The position numbers and the translations under genes are program-made. Below are positions 26,881-35,628 of a DNA stretch of 64,000 bases, piece after piece. Origin of the DNA: a virus; the IMG/VR virus record IMGVR_UViG_3300045988_107203, positions 15,075-79,074 of that record, one strand, 5' to 3'. The notes under the pieces are model-generated. The model saw only the letters and a program-made list of their open reading frames with translations, had not been told where the DNA came from and made no database searches. The stretch's first letter is position 1; every line of letters starts with the position of its first letter.

Positions 26881-27413
26881 GAGGCGAAATTTGTCCTTAT
26901 TGCGGAAGAGAGACTGAGCTGGTAAATGCCGATAAAATATATAGCAGAAAAGGCTTAGGGATGGTTATGATGTGTAAACCATGCAACGCTTATGTCGGTG
27001 TTCATGAATCAGGGCCGAATAAGGGAAAAGCTAAAGGCCGGCTTGCGGGGCCATCACTGAGATCTCTTAAGATAAGAGTCCATGCCGAACTTGACAGACT
27101 ATGGTCTACGCCGGAGGAACGGGAAAGGATGTATAAAGATTTATCTGAATTTCTCTCTATACCGGAAGAATACACACATATAGGTATGTTTGGCGAGAAG
27201 ACGATGGGAAAAGTATTTCAATTCTGTCATGTAAACAAAGAGCGATCAGGTTCGAGAATAGAATGGCATAAACCTGGAGATAAGTGCCCTAATAAAAACA
27301 ATCAAATAGTGTCAGGAAGTAGCGCATGTAGAGGATGTCCTGAGTATCTCCATGATGAGAAAGACGGGTATGTCTGGTGTGATCCTGATATGAGTTACGG
27401 CAGGTTGAAATAG
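26847..27413 (+). CDS. DUF3268-like zinc-ribbon protein (188 aa)
   Basis: CPYCG...LVNADKIY...MMCKPCNAYVGVH N-terminal pattern; extra C-terminal Cys cluster. Confidence 0.45.
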   Translation: MELNERQQRVLRGEICPYCGRETELVNADKIYSRKGLGMVMMCKPCNAYVGVHESGPNKGKAKGRLAGPSLRSLKIRVHAELDRLWSTPEERERMYKDLSEFLSIPEEYTHIGMFGEKTMGKVFQFCHVNKERSGSRIEWHKPGDKCPNKNNQIVSGSSACRGCPEYLHDEKDGYVWCDPDMSYGRLK

Positions 27414-27465
27414 GGCGAGAATTGCCTATCTTTGTGCTATTATCAATCAAAAAAAATGTAAGAAG

Positions 27466-27744
27466 ATGGGCAGATCAACAGAGTACTACAGGACTCATCC
27501 CGAAGCCAGGAAGAAAAAGGCTAAAAAAGACAAGGAGATAAATGCCAGACCGGAACAGAAAGCCAAACGCCGGGAGCTTGGTCGTAAAAACTACGAAACG
27601 GACAAGAAGAAGGGCAAGGGCTGGAGGAAAGGCAAGGATTGTTCTCATACCAAGAACGGTCTTAAGTATAAATCAGTAAAAGCTAATAGGGGATCCAAGT
27701 CGGATACGAAAGGTGACAAAAATGCAAGAGGAGATAGCAAATAG
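27466..27744 (+). CDS. highly basic Lys-rich protein (92 aa), possible nucleic-acid binding
   Basis: ~35% K/R. Confidence 0.5.
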   Translation: MGRSTEYYRTHPEARKKKAKKDKEINARPEQKAKRRELGRKNYETDKKKGKGWRKGKDCSHTKNGLKYKSVKANRGSKSDTKGDKNARGDSK

Positions 27745-28846
27745 GATAGATATAAGAAGGATATTCAAGACCTCTAAACAAGTTATGGAAGAGGCGTATG
27801 AGAATATCTTGAAATACAGGCGGGGAGAGCTTATCCCCGCTAAAACCGGATACGATTATATTGATGAGGCTTTGCTTGGAGGTATTTTCCCTCAGCATGC
27901 TATTGCCATAGGAGCCCGGCCATCTGTAGGTAAATCGTATGTGGCCCAAAAGATATTGGAAAATGTGATGAATCCGATGATCAACCCGCAAGCAGAAGAT
28001 TATTTTCTTGTTAATTGCGAGTTCGAAATGAATCCTCAAGATCTTCTTCTTCGTAGAATGAGCCAGGATATGAAAAAGAGGGCTCCTGAAATATTAAGAA
28101 GGCAAGATTCTAATACGGTAGAAGAGATGAGGATGTTTGAAATCCTTCAAGGTGAAATCAGAAATAACATAATATACATCGATGCTCCGTGTACGGTAAA
28201 AGAGTTTGAGGCGGCTGTGTATCATATAGCTACCAAACACAAAGATAAACGTCTTATAATATTTAAAGTCGATCATATTGCTTTGATAAAAAGAATGGGG
28301 TTAGATTCTAAGTCGGCTATAGATGATTTGGTGGCGGTTATGAACGAAGCTAAATTAGTATATAAAAACATATTTTTCCTCATCATATCCCAATTCAACA
28401 GAGAGATAGAAGGAAGGATAAAAAGCCCACAAGAGCAGCCTCCGCGTCTTTCTGATTTTTACCAGTCTGATACGCTGGGTCAGTTATGTACGTTAATGAT
28501 AGGTTTGCACAATCCTCGTAGGTACGGGCTGGATAAGTATATGATATTTGGGAAAGATTGGTATCAGACTCTTGATAGGTTTAAAACTGAAAACAAAACA
28601 TCATTCAGGACAGCCGGACTGGTGTTTCATCATATACTGAAGGTAAGGCAAGTTAGTATGGAAGAGCTTACTAATACAATCCACCCGGAGATCCTGCCAG
28701 GGCATGGATGGATGTACGGGGAGGGCGGGACGAAGTTCGTGAACCCCAACCAGCCGCCGACTCCGCCCAAGCTCTATACCGTGGAAGACGTTACAGACAA
28801 TCAGGAACAAGAACAAGAGACAAAGGAAGAACAGTCATTGTATTAA
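27713..28846 (+). CDS. DnaB-like replicative helicase (C-terminal RecA-fold domain), 377 aa
   Basis: Walker A GARPSVGKS; Walker B-like IIFKVDHIALI; SQFNRE motif. Confidence 0.65.
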   Translation: MTKMQEEIANRIDIRRIFKTSKQVMEEAYENILKYRRGELIPAKTGYDYIDEALLGGIFPQHAIAIGARPSVGKSYVAQKILENVMNPMINPQAEDYFLVNCEFEMNPQDLLLRRMSQDMKKRAPEILRRQDSNTVEEMRMFEILQGEIRNNIIYIDAPCTVKEFEAAVYHIATKHKDKRLIIFKVDHIALIKRMGLDSKSAIDDLVAVMNEAKLVYKNIFFLIISQFNREIEGRIKSPQEQPPRLSDFYQSDTLGQLCTLMIGLHNPRRYGLDKYMIFGKDWYQTLDRFKTENKTSFRTAGLVFHHILKVRQVSMEELTNTIHPEILPGHGWMYGEGGTKFVNPNQPPTPPKLYTVEDVTDNQEQEQETKEEQSLY

Positions 28847-28861
28847 AAAAAAATAAGAACC

Positions 28862-29464
28862 ATGAGACTAACAGTAGAAGAAAACGAATACCTGATAAGT
28901 AAGTTCCTTTTGGTTCTTACTGAGTTTGCAGGGGATAAAAGAGAGATGTTTTTAATCAACTCCATACATGATAAGGCGGTGGCGGATATGAATTATCGTC
29001 TTCCGTCTTTAATAAGCAGAGAACGTAAAAGACGAGTTATTGAGCTCCTTAAAGAAGGAACCAGAATAATCAAGGACTTTTCTGGTTATGCAGGTGATAT
29101 GGGTATGATTAACGAATACGATCGTCTAAAGAAAGAAATAGGAACCGTCCAAGACCAGCTTGGTGACGTAGAAGGTCAACTTCGGGCAGCAGGAGAAGTT
29201 ATTAAAAAAGAACTTGATATGATTGCTGACCGAATAAAAGAAGATCTTCTTGACCGGGAGCTGGCTAAGAGTAATGCCGAAGCTGAAAGAAAAGCCAAAG
29301 TAGATCCGAGATATGAAGTAGCTTTAGGTGATTATAAGGAGATGCTGGAAGTGATTTTTACAACCAGAAACAAGTATTCTACGGTAGATTCTGTACATGA
29401 TGATCTTCGTCAGTCGGTATCTACTGGTAGAAATTCGATTATTAAAGAAGGGTACAACAGTTAA
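28862..29464 (+). CDS. hypothetical coiled-coil protein (200 aa)
   Basis: tiled ORF. Confidence 0.55.
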   Translation: MRLTVEENEYLISKFLLVLTEFAGDKREMFLINSIHDKAVADMNYRLPSLISRERKRRVIELLKEGTRIIKDFSGYAGDMGMINEYDRLKKEIGTVQDQLGDVEGQLRAAGEVIKKELDMIADRIKEDLLDRELAKSNAEAERKAKVDPRYEVALGDYKEMLEVIFTTRNKYSTVDSVHDDLRQSVSTGRNSIIKEGYNS

Positions 29465-29479
29465 AAACAAGGAGGGAAT

Positions 29480-29686
29480 ATGGAAAAGAAGGAATTTAAA
29501 GTAGGAGAAGTGTTTGATGCCGGACTTGTAAGATTAAAATGCGTGGAAGCTACGGCACCGGATTCAGGATGTGAAGGATGTATATTTAATTACTTTACAT
29601 GCGGGGCAGTGGATGTGATTGCAGGTCCGTGTAATCACGCAGAGAGAGAGGATAATAGGGATGTTATTTTTATTAAAGCTGATTAG
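29480..29686 (+). CDS. small Cys-containing protein (68 aa)
   Basis: SD AAGGAGGG upstream. Confidence 0.5.
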   Translation: MEKKEFKVGEVFDAGLVRLKCVEATAPDSGCEGCIFNYFTCGAVDVIAGPCNHAEREDNRDVIFIKAD

Positions 29687-29688
29687 GC

Positions 29689-30402
29689 ATGTACATCAAT
29701 TTCAGACAACTTGCAGCATCAGACATGACGCCTAATGACCTTGCCAATCTTCTTGCCATAAGACAGAAGGACACGGTTATGATCGAAGCCATGCCAGAAG
29801 AAGATGCTGGGAGATATATAGAGCTTGGCTTGGTTGAGAAATTAAAATCAGGCGTGATGAGATTAACCAACAAAGGAACGTCTTTTGTGAATTATATAGA
29901 GACACCGGAAATGACAGACGAGGTTCTGGAAACGTTGAAGATTATGATAGGGATGTACGAATCATATTCAAAAGACATAGGTGTCAGCAGAAAAGAAGCG
30001 GAATCCAGATTGTGTTGGTTTATGGGTAATACTTCATTTAAGAAAGAGGTCATACTTCAGGTAACAGAATCTTATATAGCAGAGTCAGGAGATTACACAA
30101 TGAGCTTATGTAACTTCATATGGAAACCGCCTTCTCAGGCTTTTTCAGTCCATATGAACCTTAAAAATTCAAAGCTCTTTGACTTAATAGCTGAAAAATT
30201 TAAGATCGCTACCGAGCCTTATTTGGAGTCTAAGAAGAATAAGGAAATGGATTGGTTGTTTGCCGTATCTAAATTGCCTACGCCGCCGGCTAAAGGCAAT
30301 CCGGATTATTTGTTTACCGGAAGTTCTGAAACAGACAAAGAGAGATTGAAAAACATAAAAACATACTTATTTAACAAAATTAGAAAGCAATGGAAAAAGT
30401 AG
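29689..30402 (+). CDS. hypothetical protein (237 aa), first gene of ACP-NfeD-flotillin operon
   Basis: stop overlaps ACP start. Confidence 0.6.
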   Translation: MYINFRQLAASDMTPNDLANLLAIRQKDTVMIEAMPEEDAGRYIELGLVEKLKSGVMRLTNKGTSFVNYIETPEMTDEVLETLKIMIGMYESYSKDIGVSRKEAESRLCWFMGNTSFKKEVILQVTESYIAESGDYTMSLCNFIWKPPSQAFSVHMNLKNSKLFDLIAEKFKIATEPYLESKKNKEMDWLFAVSKLPTPPAKGNPDYLFTGSSETDKERLKNIKTYLFNKIRKQWKK

Positions 30403-30641
30403 AAATCAGAAAGATTATAGAGGATATAATTATTACTCAGTTTCTTAATTCGGAAATGGATATAGTTCATGAAGAAGATGTGACGTTTAAAGAACTTGGA
30501 TTAGATTCTCTTGATCAAATTGAACTGGAAATGATGGTGGAACAAAAATTCAATATTGTTATTATTGATTATGATATGGAGACCATCAAAGATATGACTG
30601 ATCTTGTTTACAAAATAATAACAGAAGGATATGGGAAGTGA
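30390..30641 (+). CDS. acyl carrier protein-like (83 aa)
   Basis: LGLDSLDQIELEMMVEQKFNIVI matches ACP phosphopantetheine-attachment motif (DSL); length typical. Confidence 0.7.
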   Translation: MEKVEIRKIIEDIIITQFLNSEMDIVHEEDVTFKELGLDSLDQIELEMMVEQKFNIVIIDYDMETIKDMTDLVYKIITEGYGK

Positions 30642-31125
30642 CATAATTTTATGCATGGCTTTAATAGCGTCATTTGCTTTTGTTATACAGTTTTTGTTGT
30701 CGATATTAGGATCTGATCTGGATACGGATATTGACATTGACAGTGCTTCTGATTTAAGCATGTCTTTGTCGGACATCATATCATTCAAGGGCATAACACA
30801 TTTTATTCTTGGATATAGCTGGACCACATACTTTTCGGGTTCCCATTTAGTAGGGGTTGTGATAGGGTCGTTTTTCTTTATCGTTTTGTTTTACGTATAT
30901 AAGTTACTTCTTAAGTTAAAGCAAGAAATGGTGTACGAATGTCCGGAAGATTTAAATGGCAGAGAAGTGGAGATAGTGTTTAGATCAGGGAAGAATCATT
31001 ATATGGTAAATATTTCGAAAAATGGAAGACAAGAGCAAATGAGAGTAAGATGCTTGTCTGGGAAAACCTACAAAAACGGCGACAAGGCGAATATAAAATA
31101 TGAAGAAGGAGAATTAAGTATCTAA
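30631..31125 (+). CDS. NfeD/YuaF-like membrane protein (N-terminal TM helices + C-terminal OB-fold), 164 aa
   Basis: 3 hydrophobic helices then soluble beta-rich tail; immediately upstream of flotillin as in yuaF-floT operons. Confidence 0.6.
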   Translation: MGSDIILCMALIASFAFVIQFLLSILGSDLDTDIDIDSASDLSMSLSDIISFKGITHFILGYSWTTYFSGSHLVGVVIGSFFFIVLFYVYKLLLKLKQEMVYECPEDLNGREVEIVFRSGKNHYMVNISKNGRQEQMRVRCLSGKTYKNGDKANIKYEEGELSI

Positions 31126-31157
31126 TTCTTTTTATCAACAATTAAATTTTAAAAGTT

Positions 31158-32858
31158 ATGACAACAATCATGTACGTGTCAGCTATCTTAGCTGTAGTGA
31201 TTATTTTGACAATCATCGGAGTCTTATCAAGGTATCGTAGATGTAAGCCTAATCAGGTCTTGGTCGTTTATGGTAAGACAGGTGGGGAAAAGAAATCGGC
31301 GAAATTATATCATGGTGGAGCGGCATTTGTCTTGCCTATTATTCAAAGCTATGATGTTTTGTCAATGGAGCCTATGCAAATAGATTGCAAGCTTACCGGT
31401 GCTTTGTCATCTCAGAATATTAGAGTAGATGTACCTACGACTATTACAGTAGCTATCAGTACAAATCCAGAAATCATGCAAAATGCGGCAGAAAGACTTT
31501 TGGGGATGGATACCGAATCTACTGAAAATCTTATTACGGACATCGTTTACGGTCAGATGCGTTTGATTATTGCTGAAATGACAATCGAAAAACTTAATTC
31601 TGACAGGGATGAGTTTTTGGATAAGGCAAGAAAGAACATTGATAACGAACTTAACAAGTTAGGTCTTTACCTCCTGAACATCAACATCAGTGACATCAGA
31701 GACGAAGCCGGTTATATTATGAACCTTGGTAAGGAAGCTGAAAGTAGGGCTCTGAACGAGGCACAGGCTAATATTGAAGAACAGGAGAAGCTGGGTGCTA
31801 TTAAGATTGCTGTACAGCAGAAGGAGAAAGAAACAGCTGTGGCTAATACCAAAAAAGAACAAGAGATTCAAATTGCTTGTACTGAAAAAGAAAAGGAAAC
31901 GATAGTAGCTGAAACGAAGAAAGAAAAAGAAATAGCCTTGGCTTTAACCGATAAAGAGAAACAGATCGGCGTAGCTCAAGCAGATAGAGACAGGGCTGCG
32001 GTTATCGCAAAAACTTTAACCGACAAGGAATCGGCGATTGTAAGATCTAAGGCAGAACTTGAAGTAAATAAAGCCGAGGCTGAAAGGATGGAAGAAGTCG
32101 GAAAAAATAAGGCTGAAGCTGACAAGGAAGCAGCTATAGCAATACAAGACTCTGAAGCTCAGATTAAGAAGGCTGAGGCTGAGAAAAATGCGTCTATAGG
32201 ATACAACAATGCCCAGAAGGAGGTTGCTGTATCGGTATCAGAATTACAGATCATCAAAGCTCAATCAGAGAAGAAGGCCGGAGAAGAAAAAGTTAAATCG
32301 GAAGCGGCTGTAAAAACGGCAAAAGAACTTGCTGATAAAGAAGTGGAAGAAGCTAAGGCTAAGAAAGTTCAGGCTGCGCTTAAGGCTGAAAAGATTGTGC
32401 CGGCTGAAACCCAGAAGGAAGAGGCTATCTTGCAAGCTGATGCTGAGGCAGAGAAGATCAAACGCCGGGCTGAGGCAGAGGCAGCAGCACATTTGGCAAA
32501 AGCTGAGGCAGAGGCAAAAGCTATTCAGATGAAGCTGGAGGCAGAAGCCGAAGGTAAGAAAAAGTCGTTAATGGCAGAAGCCGACGGATTTAAGGCTATG
32601 GTGGAAGCGGCAGAATCCAATCCTCAGATAGCCATCCAGTACAAGATGGTTAATCAGTGGAAAGAAATTGCTGGAGAACAGGTTAAGGCATTTGAGCACA
32701 TTAACCTCGGAAATATCACGGTATTTGACGGCGGTCAGAACAGTACCGGTAATTTCCTTAACAATGTTGTTAAGACCGTCGCTCCGGCATTGGGAGTCAT
32801 TGATCAGCTTCCGATTGCAGATACTTTAAAGAAGCTAAAAGGAGATGACAAAAAATAA
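31158..32858 (+). CDS. flotillin (FloT/YuaG-like SPFH/band-7 protein), 566 aa
   Basis: N-terminal TM helix; SPFH motifs GGAAFVLPIIQS and ISDIRDEAGYIMNLGK match B. subtilis FloT GGGTFVLPVFQQ / IKDVRDKNGYLESLGK; long EA-rich coiled coil; C-terminal ITVFDGG. Confidence 0.85.
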   Translation: MTTIMYVSAILAVVIILTIIGVLSRYRRCKPNQVLVVYGKTGGEKKSAKLYHGGAAFVLPIIQSYDVLSMEPMQIDCKLTGALSSQNIRVDVPTTITVAISTNPEIMQNAAERLLGMDTESTENLITDIVYGQMRLIIAEMTIEKLNSDRDEFLDKARKNIDNELNKLGLYLLNINISDIRDEAGYIMNLGKEAESRALNEAQANIEEQEKLGAIKIAVQQKEKETAVANTKKEQEIQIACTEKEKETIVAETKKEKEIALALTDKEKQIGVAQADRDRAAVIAKTLTDKESAIVRSKAELEVNKAEAERMEEVGKNKAEADKEAAIAIQDSEAQIKKAEAEKNASIGYNNAQKEVAVSVSELQIIKAQSEKKAGEEKVKSEAAVKTAKELADKEVEEAKAKKVQAALKAEKIVPAETQKEEAILQADAEAEKIKRRAEAEAAAHLAKAEAEAKAIQMKLEAEAEGKKKSLMAEADGFKAMVEAAESNPQIAIQYKMVNQWKEIAGEQVKAFEHINLGNITVFDGGQNSTGNFLNNVVKTVAPALGVIDQLPIADTLKKLKGDDKK

Positions 32859-32865
32859 ATACAAT

Positions 32866-32887
32866 GGCCCAAGGTTACACTTGGGCC
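32866..32887 (+). terminator. hairpin GGCCCAAG-GTTACAC-TTGGGCC after flotillin
   Basis: 7-bp perfect stem 8 nt after stop; U tract weak. Confidence 0.4.
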
Positions 32888-32918
32888 TAATTGAAGAAAT
32901 AAAAGCAGCATTCATAGA

Positions 32919-32934
32919 TTTCCTGCCGGCAGGA
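32919..32934. promoter_or_regulatory. perfect 16-bp palindrome TTCCTGCCGGCAGGAA
   Basis: exact dyad symmetry in 520-bp intergenic region; candidate operator. Confidence 0.35.
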
Positions 32935-33275
32935 ACAGTGCTTTACTAATTACGATATTTTTAACATGGATTTTGGACAAGATTTAGAACCAGAAGAACT
33001 GACCAATCATTATGATCAGTGTTATAACCCCAAATAGTATTAAACCAATATAATTCTATTATAAAAGTTTAATACATCTCTTTAAGAGATCGGGTTATTA
33101 GCCTAAGCCTTGAAACAAAGGCTACGTTATTTAAGAATAGATAGTTACCTACGGATGTTTGCCCAAGTCTGTAGCTCTAAGGTAAGTGATTAAACAGTTC
33201 TGGTATTCAGGAACAGTGTTGCTTATTCAAAACCTCAAATAACATTGGCGATGGGTACTTACAGGAGAAATCCTG

Positions 33276-33337
33276 ACTTATCCCTAACGGGATTTACATC
33301 TACCAAGGAGACCGAAAGGTCTCCGAGGGGATGTATT
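33276..33337 (+). other. structured element: TCCC-TAAC-GGGA, ACATC...GATGT enclosing GGAGACC-GAAA-GGTCTCC GNRA hairpin
   Basis: nested perfect stems; possible terminator or small RNA. Confidence 0.4.
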
Positions 33338-33381
33338 AAAACATACGAATAGCTTTAAATATATTTAATAGAATATGGGAT

Positions 33382-33729
33382 ATGGAATTGATTTTGAAAC
33401 AGAAGAAGAGGAGGATGAAGAGTATGACTGACGAGGAATTTGTATTGGATAATAAGAAAAAGGTTGTTGTAAGAAAAAGAATATCTTATTTAAACAAAGG
33501 TGATAAAGTATGGATCGTGTCTTCCGACGGGTATCTGCTACACACGGACGTAGTTAGAGCCGAACGGGGCCGATCTTATGTGGATATAGACGGGATACTG
33601 TATTGGAAACGAGGATTGGATGGTAAACATCGTAATCGTAATAACTACATGCAGTTTGCCATGACACCAGAAGACGGTAAGAAGTATGTCGTATATTACC
33701 CGGAAGGATTTAAAGACGATAGCTTATGA
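33382..33729 (+). CDS. hypothetical protein (115 aa)
   Basis: tiled ORF. Confidence 0.55.
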   Translation: MELILKQKKRRMKSMTDEEFVLDNKKKVVVRKRISYLNKGDKVWIVSSDGYLLHTDVVRAERGRSYVDIDGILYWKRGLDGKHRNRNNYMQFAMTPEDGKKYVVYYPEGFKDDSL

Positions 33730-34745
33730 TGGTCCCAGAAACGCATTTGCTATATAAGGAGTTTAATGGCGTGAAACGTCTTGCCATATCTTATTCCCAG
33801 ATAGATACGTTTCTTACTTGTCCAATGAAATGGTATAAGACTTACGTAGAGGGTAAAAGGTCTACAGAAAAACAAGAAGCTACGTCTTATGGTACGGTTA
33901 TCCATAAGACACTGGAATACTTCTTCAAAAACGGAAGACAGCCTTCTGGTAAAGACCTTGGAGAAGCAATAAGTTACTATGCTTACCAAGAAGACATACC
34001 TTGGCAATCACCGGAAAATATGATGATAGCCATGAAACAATCTGGGGAGCTTCTTGCTTGGATTGTGGATCTGTTTAAAAAAGACGGGAATGGGTTTATG
34101 ATAGCTGATAGTGATCTTAATCCCTGTGAGAAACTTATCAGGCACGGCGCCATAGTTGGAGTCGAAGAAGATTTTGTGCTGCCGTACCGTCTTCCTAAGC
34201 CTGTTGATATAAATGGAGTAATTCATACTCATGTGTACATAGTAGGATCGGTAGACCTTCATCTGGCTATAAAGAGCAAGAACGTAGTTCACCATTATGT
34301 CATAGATTGGAAATCAGGGAATAAGGTTTTTGATTCTAAGAAACTGGAGACAAATTTACAACATCCTATATATTCGTTTTACATCTATAGAAAATATGGT
34401 GGGGTTCTACCAGATATGAACATCTATTTCTTTACCAGGACCAGGCAGTACCAAAAGGTTAAAGTAGATGAAGATCGTAAAACAAAATCTATAGAGATGC
34501 TAAATAACACTTTATCCAAAATGTATGATTTTGAAGATAATAGTGTAAAAACATTTCAGGCATACATCCAGGGAGTAGAAGGAGCCAGGTATAGCAAGCG
34601 GCGTGCCACTCTAAGCCAGCCTGTTCCGCAAAACAAGCTACCCTGCCCGTCGGCACTGTGTTATTATTGTGACTTTGGATTACATAACAAAAACGAATGC
34701 CCTTTCTCTTCGGATTGGGATCCGTCTAAAAAGATAAAGCGATGA
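33726..34745 (+). CDS. Cas4-like / RecB-family PD-(D/E)XK exonuclease with Cys cluster (339 aa)
   Basis: N-terminal TCPMKWY Cys; motif II GSVDLHL; motif III YVIDWKSGNK; C-terminal CPSALCYYC...ECPF (Fe-S-type triad). Confidence 0.65.
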   Translation: MMVPETHLLYKEFNGVKRLAISYSQIDTFLTCPMKWYKTYVEGKRSTEKQEATSYGTVIHKTLEYFFKNGRQPSGKDLGEAISYYAYQEDIPWQSPENMMIAMKQSGELLAWIVDLFKKDGNGFMIADSDLNPCEKLIRHGAIVGVEEDFVLPYRLPKPVDINGVIHTHVYIVGSVDLHLAIKSKNVVHHYVIDWKSGNKVFDSKKLETNLQHPIYSFYIYRKYGGVLPDMNIYFFTRTRQYQKVKVDEDRKTKSIEMLNNTLSKMYDFEDNSVKTFQAYIQGVEGARYSKRRATLSQPVPQNKLPCPSALCYYCDFGLHNKNECPFSSDWDPSKKIKR

Positions 34746-34915
34746 AATACGAGGACGTTCAAAAGTTAAGAACAAAATACCGGCAAGATCCGGAAGTTAT
34801 AAACGTAGAATACATGAGAGACGTTGCTGTAAGATCCGGGAATTTTAAGAAAGCATTTGAGCTTCAGGAAAGACTGGAGAATATATGGTTTAACTACTTA
34901 AAGGGAGTCCAATGA
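34742..34915 (+). CDS. small protein (57 aa) MKYEDVQKLRTKYRQDPEVINVEYMRDVAVRSGNFKKAFELQERLENIWFNYLKGVQ
   Basis: ATGA overlap at both ends (34742-34745, 34912-34915); below track threshold. Confidence 0.5.
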   Translation: MKYEDVQKLRTKYRQDPEVINVEYMRDVAVRSGNFKKAFELQERLENIWFNYLKGVQ

Positions 34916-35235
34916 AAGAAGATCTAATATGTGGAGTAGCGATCCTTTTGTATTTAGTTTTATTATACTTGCTCACGACAACTTTCATAAAAACATGTAG
35001 AGCAGTAGATCGTTATAAGATGAAGAAGAAAACTGACAAAATCAAAGTAGGTCAAAGATACGAACATAAGAACTACTTTGAGGATCCATTTGAAAGAGGC
35101 AAGCATGTGATTAAGATATTAGACATAAAAGAAGGGTACGCTCTATATGAGTACGAAGAAAAACTATATATACGTTCTTCTGTGAGTCTTGAAGATATTG
35201 TTAAAAAATATATTTTAATTACTGATATAGAATAA
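34912..35235 (+). CDS. small membrane-anchored protein (107 aa)
   Basis: N-terminal TM helix. Confidence 0.5.
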   Translation: MKEDLICGVAILLYLVLLYLLTTTFIKTCRAVDRYKMKKKTDKIKVGQRYEHKNYFEDPFERGKHVIKILDIKEGYALYEYEEKLYIRSSVSLEDIVKKYILITDIE

Positions 35236-35241
35236 GGGGTT

Positions 35242-35628
35242 ATGGAAAAGAAAGTCACAATCAAAGAAGGGATGGGTATTTTTTACAAAAATGCAGGAAA
35301 AGGTATATGGGTCTATATTGGACTTTTTGGAAATAAAGTGCTATCCATTTTAAAAAACAAAGGTGTTATTGCATGCGAAAACGATGCTGAATATTGCGTG
35401 TTGATGGATGGAGAAGATCATTTTATAAGTATAGCAAAAGACATGAGTCACGACTATTGTTGTGAGTACGTTGTAGAAAGAGCAGAAGCCTACAGAGACT
35501 ACCCATCCAAAGGTGCTACATGCAGTGTATGCCTGTTTGAAGATAATGAGAATAAAGCAAGGGAGATGTTGAAAGAGGCGATAATAGAACTTTCAAAAAA
35601 TAATATAATAGATTGTGATGGGCTTTGA
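35242..35628 (+). CDS. hypothetical Cys-rich protein (128 aa)
   Basis: tiled ORF. Confidence 0.5.
   Translation: MEKKVTIKEGMGIFYKNAGKGIWVYIGLFGNKVLSILKNKGVIACENDAEYCVLMDGEDHFISIAKDMSHDYCCEYVVERAEAYRDYPSKGATCSVCLFEDNENKAREMLKEAIIELSKNNIIDCDGL

Noticed and set aside
33726-34745. CRISPR-Cas locus implied by the Cas4-like nuclease
   Set aside because: No cas1, cas2 or repeat array is nearby. Stand-alone Cas4-like/RecB-family exonucleases are common phage recombination genes.
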